A DNA stretch of 64,000 nucleotides from Candidatus Shapirobacteria bacterium (GCA_041661765.1 JBAZTV010000001.1:135755-199754), one strand, 5' to 3'. Positions 16,104-27,372 are shown, numbered from the stretch's first letter. Notes: generated by a model from the sequence alone, not told the origin. Translations and numbers: made by a program.

Positions 16104-16148
16104 AAGTATTGTAACATATCTAATTAAAAAATATTTATCAAATTAATT

Positions 16149-16799
16149 TTACTTCATCGCCGTCTTTTTATACTCATATCTCCCATAAATTCTCACCTCT
16201 GTCCCAACTTCAGCCCAATTAAAAATTTCAGCTGCATCAGCCGTTCTCATATTGATACAACCGTGGCTCATTGGCACTCCAAAATTATCATGCCAATATG
16301 TACCATGTAAACTAAATCCTACCTTTTTGGCGTATACATTATTATAAAAAAACATAATATATGGAACATTCGGTAAATAATAATAATCTTTTGTTAATTT
16401 AGACCCGCCCTCCATTTTTTGTGATCTAATTTTAGTCCATATTTTAAAAACTCCAGTCGGAGTTCTTCCCCATTTTCCCGACGAAATAATATATGTTTTA
16501 AGCCTTTGACCATTTTCATAGGTATAAACTTTCTGAGAAGTTAAGTCCACATCAATATATTTATTTGAATTATTTGTCATAGCCACCATATCTCCTAAAA
16601 CTCGTTGTTGATCTTGTGGTACCACCACTTCTTTATTATTAAATATTCCCACTCGTGCAAGAGGGTCATAATATTCAGATATAGTATTCGGGTTAATTTC
16701 CTTTTGAAAAGAAATATATTGTGGCCACCATGGCTGACTTATAATCACCAATCCAAAAAAACCAGCCAAAAAAAGTAACAAAAATAACAGTTTATTCAT
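16149..16799 (-). CDS. L,D-transpeptidase (YkuD family)
   Basis: LHGTYWH...SHGCIN catalytic motif; N-terminal TM/signal segment. Confidence 0.92.
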   Translation of the reverse strand: MNKLLFLLLFLAGFFGLVIISQPWWPQYISFQKEINPNTISEYYDPLARVGIFNNKEVVVPQDQQRVLGDMVAMTNNSNKYIDVDLTSQKVYTYENGQRLKTYIISSGKWGRTPTGVFKIWTKIRSQKMEGGSKLTKDYYYLPNVPYIMFFYNNVYAKKVGFSLHGTYWHDNFGVPMSHGCINMRTADAAEIFNWAEVGTEVRIYGRYEYKKTAMK

Positions 16800-16802
16800 T
16801 AT

Positions 16803-18998
16803 TTAATAATAAACCTTTTTATCCAATTTTTTAGTCCTTAATCTTAATGAATTTCCCACCACCGACACACTGCTTAAAGACATTGCTAGTCCGGCAAAAA
16901 CTGGATTTAGTGTAATTTTCCAAACGGGGTACAATAATCCTGAAGCAATCGGAATTCCAACCACGTTATAAATAAATGCCCAAAACAAATTTTGTCTAAT
17001 AGTTCGCATCGTAGCTCGAGACAATTCAATTGTTTGAGAAATTTTTTGAATATCACCATGCAAGATAGTAATCCCTGCTGATTCAATAGCAATATCTGTT
17101 CCTGTCGCCATTGCAATTCCTACATCAGCTTGTACTAAAGCCGGAGCATCATTAATTCCATCTCCAGCCATTGCCACCTTTTTACCTAAACCCTGCATTT
17201 CTTTAATTTTTAAAGCTTTTTCTTGTGGCAAAACCCCAGCCACGACTTCATCTATTCCTACCATTTTACCTATAAATTCAGCCGATTTTTGATTATCTCC
17301 AGTCATCATTACCACCTTAATTCCTTGTCGATGAATTCTTTTTATTGCTTCCACCGCCTCATCCTTAATCGTGTCGCTCATCGCAATTTTACCAACCATC
17401 TTTTTATTAATTTCAATTACAACCACTGTTTTACCTTGATTAATCAATTCATCTGTTCCGTCCAATTTATGAATTAAAATATTTTTTTTATCAACAATAC
17501 CACTAACCCCAACTCCTTCTTGAGACACAAAATTCTTACAAGGCCACAACTTTATTTTTTCCAATTCTGCTTTAGCCACAATTGTTTGTGCCAACGGATG
17601 TTCCGATAATTTCTCCACACTAGCCGCATATTTTAAAATTTCTTTTTCGTCAAAATTTTCCGACAGAGAAATAATATCTGTCACTTGCGGTTGACCTTTA
17701 GTGATTGTTCCAGTTTTATCCATTATTAACACATCAATTTGCGATAATTTTTCCAAACTTTCGGCATTTTTTATTAATATCCCCATTTCCGCTCCTTTTC
17801 CCACCCCCACAATCACTGCTGTTGGCGTGGCCAAACCAAGTGCGCATGGGCAAGCGATTACCAACACTCCCACAAAAGATAATAACGCCAAACTAGGTAC
17901 CCCAGCTATTAACCAAACAATAAAAGATAAAACTGCAATTATCAAAACAATCGGCACAAAAACGCCAGATATTTTATCAGCCAAAGCCTGAATTGGGGCT
18001 TTGGAGCCTTGAGCCTCTTCCACTATTTTTATAATTTGAGACAGTAAAGTTTCATTACCAATTTTTGTTGCTTTAAATTGAAAACTACCTTGTTTATTAA
18101 TTGTTGCTCCAACCACTTGATCACCAATTTTTTTATCCACCGGCAGTGGTTCACCACTAATCATTGATTCATCAATTGAACTAAACCCCTTAGTAATAAT
18201 TCCATCAACTGGAATTTTAACTCCTGGTTTGATAATAATTAGATCACCGATTTGTACCTCAGACAGGGGAATTTCTATTTCTTTTTTATTGCGTAAAACC
18301 AGTGCTGTTTTAGCCTGCAATCCCAAAAGTTTTTTAATCGTTTCACCAGTTTTTTGCTTAGAGACCATTTCTAAATGTTTTCCAAAAGTTACAAAACCAA
18401 TCACTACAATTGTCACATCGAAATAATTTTCCGCTGGCAAATTTAAATAATTTTTAACCTGTGGAAAAAGTATAATAATTGCACTGTAAACATAAGCCGT
18501 GAAAGTACCTATTCCCACTAATGTATCCATATCCGCCGCCCCAAATTTAACAAATCTTAAAATTCCCTGCCAATAAGGTTTACCAATTGCCACTATAACT
18601 ATGGTTGCCAAAATCAAAAAAATAATATTTAAAACATCCATTGAAATTGGAAAATTTGGAATAAAAGAAAACGATTTAGATCCAAGATTCCACAGCATAA
18701 TTACAAAAGCCAAAATTGAGATTGGCAGGATATATTTAATTCTCTGGTGCGATTTATCATCCATCATATGATGGTGTTCATTATCCGGCATATCAAAGTT
18801 GTAGCCTAGCTTAGAAATAGGTTGATTCATCAATTGATGATTGGTTACATCGTCATGGTAGGAAATTTTAGCCGTTTCCGTGGCAAAATTAACATCAACT
18901 GAATTAACCCCCTCAACCTTAGAGACCCTATTCTTAATAATATTGGCACAGCTGGCACAATGCATCCCCTTAATTTTTAAAGTTTCCGTTTTAATCAT
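16803..18998 (-). CDS. copA: Copper-translocating P1B-type ATPase
   Basis: GMHCASC HMA domain, CPC, DKTGT, SEHP, GDGIND and YN motifs. Confidence 0.95.
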   Translation of the reverse strand: MIKTETLKIKGMHCASCANIIKNRVSKVEGVNSVDVNFATETAKISYHDDVTNHQLMNQPISKLGYNFDMPDNEHHHMMDDKSHQRIKYILPISILAFVIMLWNLGSKSFSFIPNFPISMDVLNIIFLILATIVIVAIGKPYWQGILRFVKFGAADMDTLVGIGTFTAYVYSAIIILFPQVKNYLNLPAENYFDVTIVVIGFVTFGKHLEMVSKQKTGETIKKLLGLQAKTALVLRNKKEIEIPLSEVQIGDLIIIKPGVKIPVDGIITKGFSSIDESMISGEPLPVDKKIGDQVVGATINKQGSFQFKATKIGNETLLSQIIKIVEEAQGSKAPIQALADKISGVFVPIVLIIAVLSFIVWLIAGVPSLALLSFVGVLVIACPCALGLATPTAVIVGVGKGAEMGILIKNAESLEKLSQIDVLIMDKTGTITKGQPQVTDIISLSENFDEKEILKYAASVEKLSEHPLAQTIVAKAELEKIKLWPCKNFVSQEGVGVSGIVDKKNILIHKLDGTDELINQGKTVVVIEINKKMVGKIAMSDTIKDEAVEAIKRIHRQGIKVVMMTGDNQKSAEFIGKMVGIDEVVAGVLPQEKALKIKEMQGLGKKVAMAGDGINDAPALVQADVGIAMATGTDIAIESAGITILHGDIQKISQTIELSRATMRTIRQNLFWAFIYNVVGIPIASGLLYPVWKITLNPVFAGLAMSLSSVSVVGNSLRLRTKKLDKKVYY

Positions 18999-19020
18999 AT
19001 GTTAGATTATATACAAATAA

Positions 19021-20265
19021 TTATTCAATTACTCGAACTTCACCTTTATGGGGCACTCCCATTGCGCAAGTAAATTTGTAAGTTCCAATTTTTTCTGGAG
19101 TAAATTCCATAACCAAAGTTTGTCCTGCCACTAAAGTTTGTGGTCTTTCAAAAAGCCCTGGTAATAAAATCGTCGACATACAGCCATACTCATTTTCTTT
19201 TACATCTATTTCAATTCGTACTCTTTGACCCTTTTTAACGGTCAAAGTATAGGGGCTTAATCCTAAAAATCGAGTATAATTAGCTTTTATAATTTGAGCC
19301 GGTTCTTGATTTTCTGTTTTAAGCCCTCCCTTTTCAAGGGAGGGTAGGGTGGGTTTTAAAATCCCAAACTGAAAATTCAAAGTATAAACCACAAAAAATA
19401 AAATCAGCAAACCCATTATTTTTTGATTTTTAAATAATTTTTCACTCGATAATCCAATTAAAAACAGGGGAATGCTGGTTCCCAATACAAAAGCCAACAT
19501 AATTAACATTCCGCTCATCCAACTTCCACTTAACATAGCCACACTTTCTGTAAGTAAAGTAAAACCACAAGGTAAAAGTATTGTTAAAAATCCAATCATC
19601 ATCGGTAATTTTTTGCTGGTTATTTTTTTACCAACCGACTTAGGTAAATTTATTTTAATTTTTTTGGCCCATTTCACTTGTAACATTTGCAAAGCCACAA
19701 TTATCATTACCGCCGACACTATTACTATTAACAAATTAGCCAATCCGGCCATAGAAATCGTTTGTCCCACCATTCCTAAAATTACTCCCAAAATTGTATA
19801 ACTTACCATTCTTCCCAATAGTATTTCCAAAGTTCTTTTCGGATAAGAAATAATTATTCCGCTCAACAATGCTCCACAGGTCGAAAATCCGGCAATAATT
19901 CCAAAGACAAAAAATGTTAATAATGAACTTTGATCATTAACATTCAAAAAACTCGCCAATCCAAATCTATTCAGTAATAAAAACACCAATATTATCATTA
20001 CCGCCGGCAACCACCAAAGCCCTCCCTTTTCAAGTGAGGGTGGAGTGGGTTTGTTTCCTATTTCAGAAAAACTATATCCATTTTTTTTAAACATATTATT
20101 TAATTTTTGAACACTTATTTTTTCTTTTGAGTCAATTTCCAGTATATTTTCCGTCAAATTTACCTCAGCTTTTTTTACCCCCACCATACTTTCCAAAGAA
20201 TCTTCAATTAAAATTTCACAGCTTTTACAATGCATTCCTTCTACTTTGTAAATCCGTTTTACCAT
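19021..20265 (-). CDS. HMA + DsbD_2/TauE-like TM + cupredoxin domain protein
   Basis: GMHCKSC, STC...LPCG and C-terminal FTCAMG; lies in the cop operon. Confidence 0.85.
   Translation of the reverse strand: MVKRIYKVEGMHCKSCEILIEDSLESMVGVKKAEVNLTENILEIDSKEKISVQKLNNMFKKNGYSFSEIGNKPTPPSLEKGGLWWLPAVMIILVFLLLNRFGLASFLNVNDQSSLLTFFVFGIIAGFSTCGALLSGIIISYPKRTLEILLGRMVSYTILGVILGMVGQTISMAGLANLLIVIVSAVMIIVALQMLQVKWAKKIKINLPKSVGKKITSKKLPMMIGFLTILLPCGFTLLTESVAMLSGSWMSGMLIMLAFVLGTSIPLFLIGLSSEKLFKNQKIMGLLILFFVVYTLNFQFGILKPTLPSLEKGGLKTENQEPAQIIKANYTRFLGLSPYTLTVKKGQRVRIEIDVKENEYGCMSTILLPGLFERPQTLVAGQTLVMEFTPEKIGTYKFTCAMGVPHKGEVRVIE
19323..19357 (+). repeat. Palindromic CCCT..CAAGGG..GGGTTT repeat, in-frame (PTLPSLEKGG)
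   Basis: GCCCTCCCTTTTCAAGGGAGGGTAGGGTGGGTTTT. Confidence 0.8.
20019..20052 (+). repeat. Same repeat family, in-frame (PTPPSLEKGG)
   Basis: GCCCTCCCTTTTCAAGTGAGGGTGGAGTGGGTTT. Confidence 0.8.
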
Positions 20266-20267
20266 AT

Positions 20268-20525
20268 TTATTTATTAAACATTTTAGTAACTCTCAAAAT
20301 TTCTTTTGTCATTTCTTCTTTCCTTTTTTCATCACCGCTTTTAATCGCACTCGAAAAACAGGTTTTCAAATGATTTTCCATCAACATTTGATGAGCTGAT
20401 TTGAGAAGGCCAATCACCGCTAAATTTTGCTGCATCACGTCAATGCAATATTCGCCATTTTCTATCATTTTAATGATTTTGCCCAAATGGCTTTGAGCTT
20501 TTTTAAAATTTGTTAATTCTGTCAT
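20268..20525 (-). CDS. csoR: CsoR/RcnR family copper-sensing repressor
   Basis: YCIDVMQQ...ENHLKTC; heads the cop operon; start MTELT at 20525. Confidence 0.88.
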   Translation of the reverse strand: MTELTNFKKAQSHLGKIIKMIENGEYCIDVMQQNLAVIGLLKSAHQMLMENHLKTCFSSAIKSGDEKRKEEMTKEILRVTKMFNK

Positions 20526-20564
20526 ACCTATACCTATGGTACAGGTAAAGATAATCATTGTCAA
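20525..20564 (-). promoter_or_regulatory. csoR promoter (TTGACA-17-TACCAT) overlapped by the palindrome TACCtaTACCtatGGTAcaGGTA; CsoR operator-like
   Basis: Nested TACC/GGTA inverted repeats at 20525-20547. Confidence 0.7.
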
Positions 20565-20585
20565 CTATTTGGAGTACAATTAACC

Positions 20586-21227
20586 ATGCCCAAAATAAAA
20601 GTTTCCAAAAACGGACCATATTTTGTCTCCGATAATTTACCTTTAAATAAAAACACTGTTGAATATGACGATGAAAGTATTCCTTTAAAAACCGAAAAAG
20701 GGAAATCAATTCCAACTCATCAAGATTATGCTCTCTGTCGTTGTGGTCATTCCAAAAATAAACCTTTTTGTGATGGTTCTCATAAAATTAATCATTTTAA
20801 TGGCACTGAAAATCGCGATGCTAAGCAAAAGTTTGAAAAAATTGCCAGTCAAATTGATGGCCCAGATTTAATTTTAAAAGACGCCACTAATCTTTGTGCT
20901 GGTGCTGGTTTTTGTCATCGAGCCGGCGGAGTTTGGAACTTAACTGAAAATTCTGATAATTCTCAATCAAAACAAACTGCTATCGAAGAATGTCATTGTT
21001 GTCCTTCTGGTCGTTTAGTTGCTGTTGATAAAATTACAGGGAAAATACTCGAATCAAAATTAGATCAATCTATTAGTATTCATCACAATGGCCCTCTTTG
21101 TGTCAAAGGGGGAGTCCCAATCGAAGCTGTCGATGGTTCAACTTATGAAATCAGAAATCGAGTCACTCTTTGTCGTTGTGGGAAATCTCAGAATAAACCT
21201 TTTTGCGACGGTTCACACTTAGATTAA
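20586..21227 (+). CDS. CDGSH iron-sulfur domain protein
   Basis: Two LCRCGxSxNKPFCDGSH motifs flanking a ferredoxin-like segment. Confidence 0.95.
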   Translation: MPKIKVSKNGPYFVSDNLPLNKNTVEYDDESIPLKTEKGKSIPTHQDYALCRCGHSKNKPFCDGSHKINHFNGTENRDAKQKFEKIASQIDGPDLILKDATNLCAGAGFCHRAGGVWNLTENSDNSQSKQTAIEECHCCPSGRLVAVDKITGKILESKLDQSISIHHNGPLCVKGGVPIEAVDGSTYEIRNRVTLCRCGKSQNKPFCDGSHLD

Positions 21228-21468
21228 TTATCAAAAAACCAATGATTATAAAAATCATAGTCACCGCCGATATCACATCGCTTATCCAACCAGTAGTAAT
21301 TTTTGGCCAAAATTGAGCTAATCCTAAGATTTGAAAATAATTTAAAAATTTTATATTTCCATTTTTAATCGCGCTAAAAATTAATACTCCAATATGAATT
21401 AATGCCGTCATTAACACAAATTTTAAAAAACTAGACCAAACTTTCTTACTTATTTTTATAAAAATCAT
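21163..21468 (-). CDS. Hypothetical membrane protein
   Basis: Two TM segments; 3' end overlaps the convergent CDGSH gene. Confidence 0.6.
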   Translation of the reverse strand: MIFIKISKKVWSSFLKFVLMTALIHIGVLIFSAIKNGNIKFLNYFQILGLAQFWPKITTGWISDVISAVTMIFIIIGFLIINLSVNRRKKVYSEISHNDKE

Positions 21469-21483
21469 AAATGCTCTTAATAT

Positions 21484-22059
21484 TTATATTTCCAACCAAT
21501 TCAAAAATTTTTGGATTTTCTTTTTTTCAATGCCTTTCTTTTCGCAATATTTATAAATTGTTTCCAGTTGTCTGTTTGCCATCACATTGGCCAAATTTAA
21601 TTTTTTCGGGTGCATAATATTAGGAGACACCTGTTTAACTTCATATAAAAAAGCCACCAAATCACAAATTTTTAAATCTTTTTCCAAATTTTCATCATAT
21701 TCCACTTCCAACGCTTCCAAAATATTATTTTGTAATTCATCTAATTTACTTCTCAATTCATCGGTTTTAAACATCGGCAAAATATCGCCCGTCACTGATT
21801 CATGTAAATCATGGAGCAATGCCATTATTACTAACTTATTTCGTGTCACTTCTGGATACTTATTAAATTTCGCCCAAAAAACAGCAATCAACGCCGTTGC
21901 ATAAGAATGTTTGCCCACATCCCAATTTCCCCCAAAACCACTGACTCCAAAAGCTCGGGGAATATTAAAAATATTCATTAGAAAATCCAATTTTGGATCT
22001 TTTTCAACTTCTTCCAAAATTCCCTGTGGTGTAAAAATATCATTGGCTCTTATTGTCAT
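21484..22059 (-). CDS. HD-domain phosphohydrolase (YfbR-like)
   Basis: HSY...ALLHDLHESVTGDI...CDL. Confidence 0.85.
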   Translation of the reverse strand: MTIRANDIFTPQGILEEVEKDPKLDFLMNIFNIPRAFGVSGFGGNWDVGKHSYATALIAVFWAKFNKYPEVTRNKLVIMALLHDLHESVTGDILPMFKTDELRSKLDELQNNILEALEVEYDENLEKDLKICDLVAFLYEVKQVSPNIMHPKKLNLANVMANRQLETIYKYCEKKGIEKKKIQKFLNWLEI

Positions 22060-23261
22060 ATTTTTATTATAAACAGTTTATCGTTTTTTCTCACCTTTTC
22101 TTTAATCTTAAAAGTCATGATGTTTTTATCCATTTTTATCTCAAAAAACTTCCCTCTGACTACACCACTGCTTGGACCAATTATTATATAATTGTCGCCA
22201 TTATTTACTCTATTATCAGTAGTTAATTTTATTTCAGCAATTTTAACTTTTGGATAATAATGATCAATTTTCCCCAACAATATTTTTGTTTCTGTCGCCA
22301 AATTATTTTCACCAATAGCCCATTCATCTGTACTTCTTCCCAAATAAAAACCAGTTGACAATCCTCGATTAAAAACCGTTTTTAATTCTTCCAAAAATTT
22401 TTCTTTTTCTGTTTTTTTATATTTATTTTCTGCAATTAAATTTAATGCTTTTTTATAAACCCTAACCACCGTGTCAACATAATCAGCACTTCTAGCTCGA
22501 CCCTCAATTTTAATCGTACTAATTCCAATTTCCACTAATTTATCCAACAATCCAATTGTACATAAATCACTTCGACTCATAATCAAATTATTATCAAGGA
22601 TTAATTTTTTTCCAGTTTCCATTTCCGTCACTTCATATTTTCGTCGACACATTTGCACACACTTACCCCGATTAGCCGACAAATTTTGATGATATAAACT
22701 CATCTGACATCGACCCGAAATTCCCACACACATTGCTCCATGTCCAAATATTTCAATTTCGATTAATTTATTTTTTAGTCCAGTAATTTTTTTCTTTTTA
22801 ATTTCCTCAACTATTTTTTTAATTTGTTCCAAATTTAATTCCCGAGCCAACACAATTCTATCCACCCACTTGCTCAAAAATTCTATTGTTTCCAAATTCG
22901 ACACCGACATTTGGGTTGAAACACAAACTTCAATTTTCTTTTCATTTGCCATTTTTATCACCGCCAAATCAGAGGCAATAATGCCACTAACTCCAGTTTT
23001 TTTAATTTTGTCTAAAATCTTTTTTATATCGGTAATTTCTTCATCATAAACGACCGTATTTAAAGTCACCCAACTTTTTATCTTTGCTTTTTTACAGATT
23101 TGACTAATTTTTTCTAAGTCATTTATAGAAAAATTATTGGCCCCCGCCGCTCTCATATTTAAAATTCCAATTCCAAAATAAATTTCATCAGCTCCCGCGT
23201 TTATTGCCGCCATCAATAATTCAAAATTACCCGCCGGCGCTAAAATTTTTACTTTATTCAT
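22056..23261 (-). CDS. Peptidase U32 family protein (TrhP/RlhA-like RNA hydroxylase)
   Basis: LAPAG, HGAMC...SGRC, NRGKCVQMCR and KIEGR. Confidence 0.9.
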   Translation of the reverse strand: MNKVKILAPAGNFELLMAAINAGADEIYFGIGILNMRAAGANNFSINDLEKISQICKKAKIKSWVTLNTVVYDEEITDIKKILDKIKKTGVSGIIASDLAVIKMANEKKIEVCVSTQMSVSNLETIEFLSKWVDRIVLARELNLEQIKKIVEEIKKKKITGLKNKLIEIEIFGHGAMCVGISGRCQMSLYHQNLSANRGKCVQMCRRKYEVTEMETGKKLILDNNLIMSRSDLCTIGLLDKLVEIGISTIKIEGRARSADYVDTVVRVYKKALNLIAENKYKKTEKEKFLEELKTVFNRGLSTGFYLGRSTDEWAIGENNLATETKILLGKIDHYYPKVKIAEIKLTTDNRVNNGDNYIIIGPSSGVVRGKFFEIKMDKNIMTFKIKEKVRKNDKLFIIKI

Positions 23262-23280
23262 ATTTTTTAATTTTTTTTAT

Positions 23281-23319
23281 TCTCCCTGCCCTGTCAAGGG
23301 AAGGGTCGGGGAAGGGTTT
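23281..23319 (+). repeat. Palindromic repeat family copy, intergenic
   Basis: TCTCCCTGCCCTGTCAAGGGAAGGGTCGGGGAAGGGTTT. Confidence 0.7.
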
Positions 23320-24823
23320 AAACCAAAAGGCTTTCTCCTGTCATCTCCACTGGCTTTTCTATTCCCATTATTTCTAAAATTGTCGGCGCCACATCTTGCA
23401 ATCCACCGTCTTTAACTCGACCTTCAATTCCAATAAATGAAAACTTAACCGGATTAAAACCATGTGACACATCAACTTCACCATTTTTATAAAGCTTATT
23501 TTCGGCATTACCATGATCAGCCCCCACAATTACCACGTAATCATTTTCAATTCCCTTGTCCACAATTTTCCCCACTTCTTCATCCACCACCTCACAAGCC
23601 TTTTTAATCGCCTCAAATTTACCACTATGTCCCACCAAATCTGCATTAGCAAAATTAATTAAAATAAAATCATAATTACCAATCGCCTCCAATACTTTTT
23701 CGGTCACCTGTGGTGCCGACATTTCCGGTTGTAAATCATAAGATAACACTTTCGAACTAGGCACCATTATTCTATCCTCGCCCTTAAAAGCTGTTTCCTG
23801 TTGAGAATCAAAAAAGAAAGTTACGTGAGCATATTTTTCAGTTTCCGCAATTCTGATTTGTTTTTTATCATTTTTAGACAAAATTTCACCCAAATTATTT
23901 TTCACATTTTCTAACAGAAAGGCGACTGGTAAATCCCAAGATTTATCGTATGTTCCCATACAAACCCAAACCAAATCCAAATTACTTTGCAGTTCAGTCG
24001 GGCAAAGTGTTTGTCTGGTTATCATTGCTGTAATTTGGCGAGATCTATCAGTTCTAAAGTTAAACCAAATAAACGAATCACCAGATTTTAACAATCCATT
24101 TTTATTAATTATGGTTGGTTGTATATAATAATCAGTTTCATCGCCTCGCTCATAAGCTAAATTTATAGCCTCAATTGCGTCCATTGCTTCATAACCTTCA
24201 CCCTTAGTCCACAAATCAGCCGCTTCTTTTGTCCTCTCCCAATTTGTATCTCTATCCATGGCATAATATCTTCCCACCGCATCGGCAATTTTACCCACCC
24301 CAATTTCCTTTATTTTTTCATTTAATTGTTCAACATAAATTTTTGCCGATTTTTCGGGAACATCTCGTCCATCCAAAACCAAATGAATATAAACTTTTTC
24401 CAAACCATTATCTTTAGCCAATTTTAACAAAGCATATAAATGGTTCACATCAGAATGGACTCCAGCATCTGATAATAATCCCGACAAGTGAAGAGTAGAA
24501 TTATTTTTTTTGCAATTTTCAATCGCTTTTAATAAAGCCGGATTTTTAAAAAAACCGCCATCGAAGATGGCATCATTTATTATTTCCTGTGGCTGCCACA
24601 CAATTCGTCCAGCTCCCATCGTCAAATGACCAACTTCACTTCCACCTTGTGATCCTTCCGGATTACCCACATCTTTACCGCTACATTTTAATAAAGCCGA
24701 TGGATATTCACGCAAATATTTATCATTATTCGGCACCTTAGCCGCCATTATGGCATTACCATAAGAATCAGTTGAATAACCCCACCCATCTCTAATTATC
24801 AAAATTACTTTTTTATTCTGCAT
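23318..24823 (-). CDS. gpmI: 2,3-bisphosphoglycerate-independent phosphoglycerate mutase
   Basis: DGWG, SEVGH, DGRD, GRYYAMDRD, AETEKYAHVTFF and ADHGN. Confidence 0.96.
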   Translation of the reverse strand: MQNKKVILIIRDGWGYSTDSYGNAIMAAKVPNNDKYLREYPSALLKCSGKDVGNPEGSQGGSEVGHLTMGAGRIVWQPQEIINDAIFDGGFFKNPALLKAIENCKKNNSTLHLSGLLSDAGVHSDVNHLYALLKLAKDNGLEKVYIHLVLDGRDVPEKSAKIYVEQLNEKIKEIGVGKIADAVGRYYAMDRDTNWERTKEAADLWTKGEGYEAMDAIEAINLAYERGDETDYYIQPTIINKNGLLKSGDSFIWFNFRTDRSRQITAMITRQTLCPTELQSNLDLVWVCMGTYDKSWDLPVAFLLENVKNNLGEILSKNDKKQIRIAETEKYAHVTFFFDSQQETAFKGEDRIMVPSSKVLSYDLQPEMSAPQVTEKVLEAIGNYDFILINFANADLVGHSGKFEAIKKACEVVDEEVGKIVDKGIENDYVVIVGADHGNAENKLYKNGEVDVSHGFNPVKFSFIGIEGRVKDGGLQDVAPTILEIMGIEKPVEMTGESLLV

Positions 24824-26084
24824 TTTTTAATTCTTCTTCTATTCTCATTAACCTATTATATTTACACACTCTTTCTCCTCGTGTTGGTCCAACTTTAATA
24901 TAAGCCGATCCAACCGCCACTGCCAAATCAACCATAAAAGTATCATTGGTTTCTCCACCGCCGCGATGACTTGGCATCGTCATTAAACTATTAGCTCGGG
25001 CCAATAAACAACAATCCACTGTTTCTGTTAAAGTTCCCGCCTGATTTAATTTAATTAAAATTGCTGTCGCCGCTTTCATTTCAATCGCTTTTTGTAATAG
25101 TTTTGTATTAGTCACTGTCAAATCATCGGCAATCAACGGAAATTTTCCATTTATAACTTCCACTAATTTTGGCCAATTATCCCAATCAAATTCCGACAAC
25201 ATATCTTCCATTGTCACAATTGGATATTTTTCCATCCATGGTTGGTAATAGGTGATTAATTCTTCACTTGTTAAAATTTTTCCTTCTAATTTTAATTCGT
25301 ACATTTTTGATTCCCCATTAAAAAATTCCGACGCTGCCGCATCAATTCCCACCCCAGCATCAACCCCTGGAACATAACCGGCATTTTTAATTGCCTCGAC
25401 AAAATATTCCATTGGCTTTTCATTAGAAATTATTCCATTTGGAGCAAAAGCTCCTTCATTTCCCACATTAGTCGATAATTTTTCCGCCTTCAAAATCTTT
25501 TTTAAAGCGCTATAAATTTCCATTTCCATTCTCACATTTTCCGCCGCAGTTTTTTGACCCATGGCTCCAATCATAAATTCCTGCAAATCAGTCGTTTCAT
25601 CAGCATGTTTTCCACCCTCAATCATCACCACCATTGGTTTTGGTAATGTCCAACCAATCTCACCAATTCCATAAATTTTTCTCAAATATTTGTACAAAGG
25701 TAAATTTTCTTCATTCGCTTCTGCCCGGGCGACAGCTAAACTAACTCCCAAAATTGCATTTCCTCCCAAGACCGCCTTATTTTCAGTTCCATCCAATTCA
25801 ATCATTTTTTGATCAATATTTCTTTGTTCTCCCGCCTCAATTCCCACTAAGTTTTCTTTAATAATAGTATTAATATTTTCAATTGCCTTTAACATTCCTT
25901 TTCCGTTATATCGAGCAATATCACCATCTATTAATACCACCGCTTCCTTTGATCCAGCCGATGCTCCATAACTCACCGACGCTTCCCCAATCGCTCCCGA
26001 TTCCAATGTAACTGTAACTTCTAAACTTGGCGCTCCGCCACTAGCCAAAATCTCTCGTGCAAAAATATTTTTTATTTTACTCAT
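24813..26084 (-). CDS. eno: Enolase
   Basis: AREIL, GANAIL-like GGNAIL, EGAFAP, DDLTVTN, ILIKLNQ, SHR and KYNRL. Confidence 0.95.
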   Translation of the reverse strand: MSKIKNIFAREILASGGAPSLEVTVTLESGAIGEASVSYGASAGSKEAVVLIDGDIARYNGKGMLKAIENINTIIKENLVGIEAGEQRNIDQKMIELDGTENKAVLGGNAILGVSLAVARAEANEENLPLYKYLRKIYGIGEIGWTLPKPMVVMIEGGKHADETTDLQEFMIGAMGQKTAAENVRMEMEIYSALKKILKAEKLSTNVGNEGAFAPNGIISNEKPMEYFVEAIKNAGYVPGVDAGVGIDAAASEFFNGESKMYELKLEGKILTSEELITYYQPWMEKYPIVTMEDMLSEFDWDNWPKLVEVINGKFPLIADDLTVTNTKLLQKAIEMKAATAILIKLNQAGTLTETVDCCLLARANSLMTMPSHRGGGETNDTFMVDLAVAVGSAYIKVGPTRGERVCKYNRLMRIEEELKNAE

Positions 26085-26192
26085 AACCCATTATATCTCA
26101 CTAGATGAATTTCTAGTATGATTCCATAAGTGTTGATATTTATAATATCGCTCCTTATAAAATCATACTGATTCTAATTTAGTATTAATATA

Positions 26193-26534
26193 CTATCTAA
26201 AACACATTAGTACCACAAAAATAATTACTAATAAAAAAAAGATAAGGGTAAGAACAACCTCCAAGATTTTATTTTTTGGGTCATATCTTGAACGAAAATA
26301 TTTTTTCTCTCTCATATTATCTATCAAATTACTACTCCAAAAACAACTAATCGCAAAATAAGCAACTATTGCAATAATTAAAAAAATAGGACTAAAATTT
26401 GATAATTTAAAAAAAAATTTTACAAATAAACCCAAAAAATAAAAACTAAACGCCCAAAAAATAAAAACCAAACATATTACAATAACCTTCCCTATTGCAG
26501 TATTTCTTCTAAAAAAATCTTTAATTTTATCCAC
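26193..26534 (-). CDS. Hypothetical membrane protein (orphan-like)
   Basis: Three TM segments; GTG start after SD AGAGGTG; boxA-like GCTCTTTAATAA at 26557-26568 (-). Confidence 0.65.
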   Translation of the reverse strand: MDKIKDFFRRNTAIGKVIVICLVFIFWAFSFYFLGLFVKFFFKLSNFSPIFLIIAIVAYFAISCFWSSNLIDNMREKKYFRSRYDPKNKILEVVLTLIFFLLVIIFVVLMCFR

Positions 26535-26731
26535 TCAAAACACCTCTTTCTTTTTTTTATTAAAGAGCAAAAAACATATAGACGCATTTGTCTATCCGCA
26601 AATAAATGCTTCACATTTTACCAATAAATCCACCCAAAATCAATAGTTATCTTTATCAAAAATTAAAATTATTATGTAAATTAATTTCAAAAGTTAATTG
26701 ACTTTGATTTAATTTTTAATTAAAATCCGAC

Positions 26732-27370
26732 ATGTGTGAAACTATAAGATATGAAATACCTTGCGTTAAGCAAATAAGTGAAACATCCTGTGCTTCGGCT
26801 GATTATACGATGGTGGCCAATGCTTTAAAAATTAACAGTTCTTTAGATGATATTTTAAAAATTACCAAATCAGAAATTGGTTTTGCTCCATTTTGGAAAT
26901 GGTTAGTAGAAGAAAAGAATATTGAAGTCATTGATTTTAGCCAAAATAACCTCCAATCTTGGTCTAAAAATGGCTTTACTGATTTTTCTCAAAATACCGA
27001 CCCAAAAGTCGTTGAATTTTTTGACGATAGAATTAAAAATTCTAATGATTATCAAAAAGACCTTCAATTTTTATTTCAAAATGAAAAATTTAAATTTTGT
27101 AACCAAAAACCATCAGTTGACTTATTAAAAGAATATTTTTCTAAAGGTTATGTCTGTGATGTTATGTTAGATCCTTGGTGGATCTATGGTGAAGAACCAG
27201 AATTTTATTCATTACATCGAGTATTTATTGTCGATATTAACGACGATGAAATCGTTTTTAACGACCCATCTTTCGATGGGGGAGAATTTTTCAAATCCAA
27301 TACTATTAATTTTCAAAAAGCTTTTCAAATTTCAGGCGCAGAACTAACTTGCTATAAGGTAAATAAATAA
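26732..27370 (+). CDS. Peptidase C39-like protein
   Basis: Q...SC (KQISETSC), HRVFIV and FNDP catalytic pattern. Confidence 0.7.
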   Translation: MCETIRYEIPCVKQISETSCASADYTMVANALKINSSLDDILKITKSEIGFAPFWKWLVEEKNIEVIDFSQNNLQSWSKNGFTDFSQNTDPKVVEFFDDRIKNSNDYQKDLQFLFQNEKFKFCNQKPSVDLLKEYFSKGYVCDVMLDPWWIYGEEPEFYSLHRVFIVDINDDEIVFNDPSFDGGEFFKSNTINFQKAFQISGAELTCYKVNK

Positions 27371-27372
27371 TT

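Noticed and set aside
26100-26183. Integron attC site
   Set aside because: Lacks the RYYYAAC/GTTRRRY boxes; no integron integrase or cassette array.
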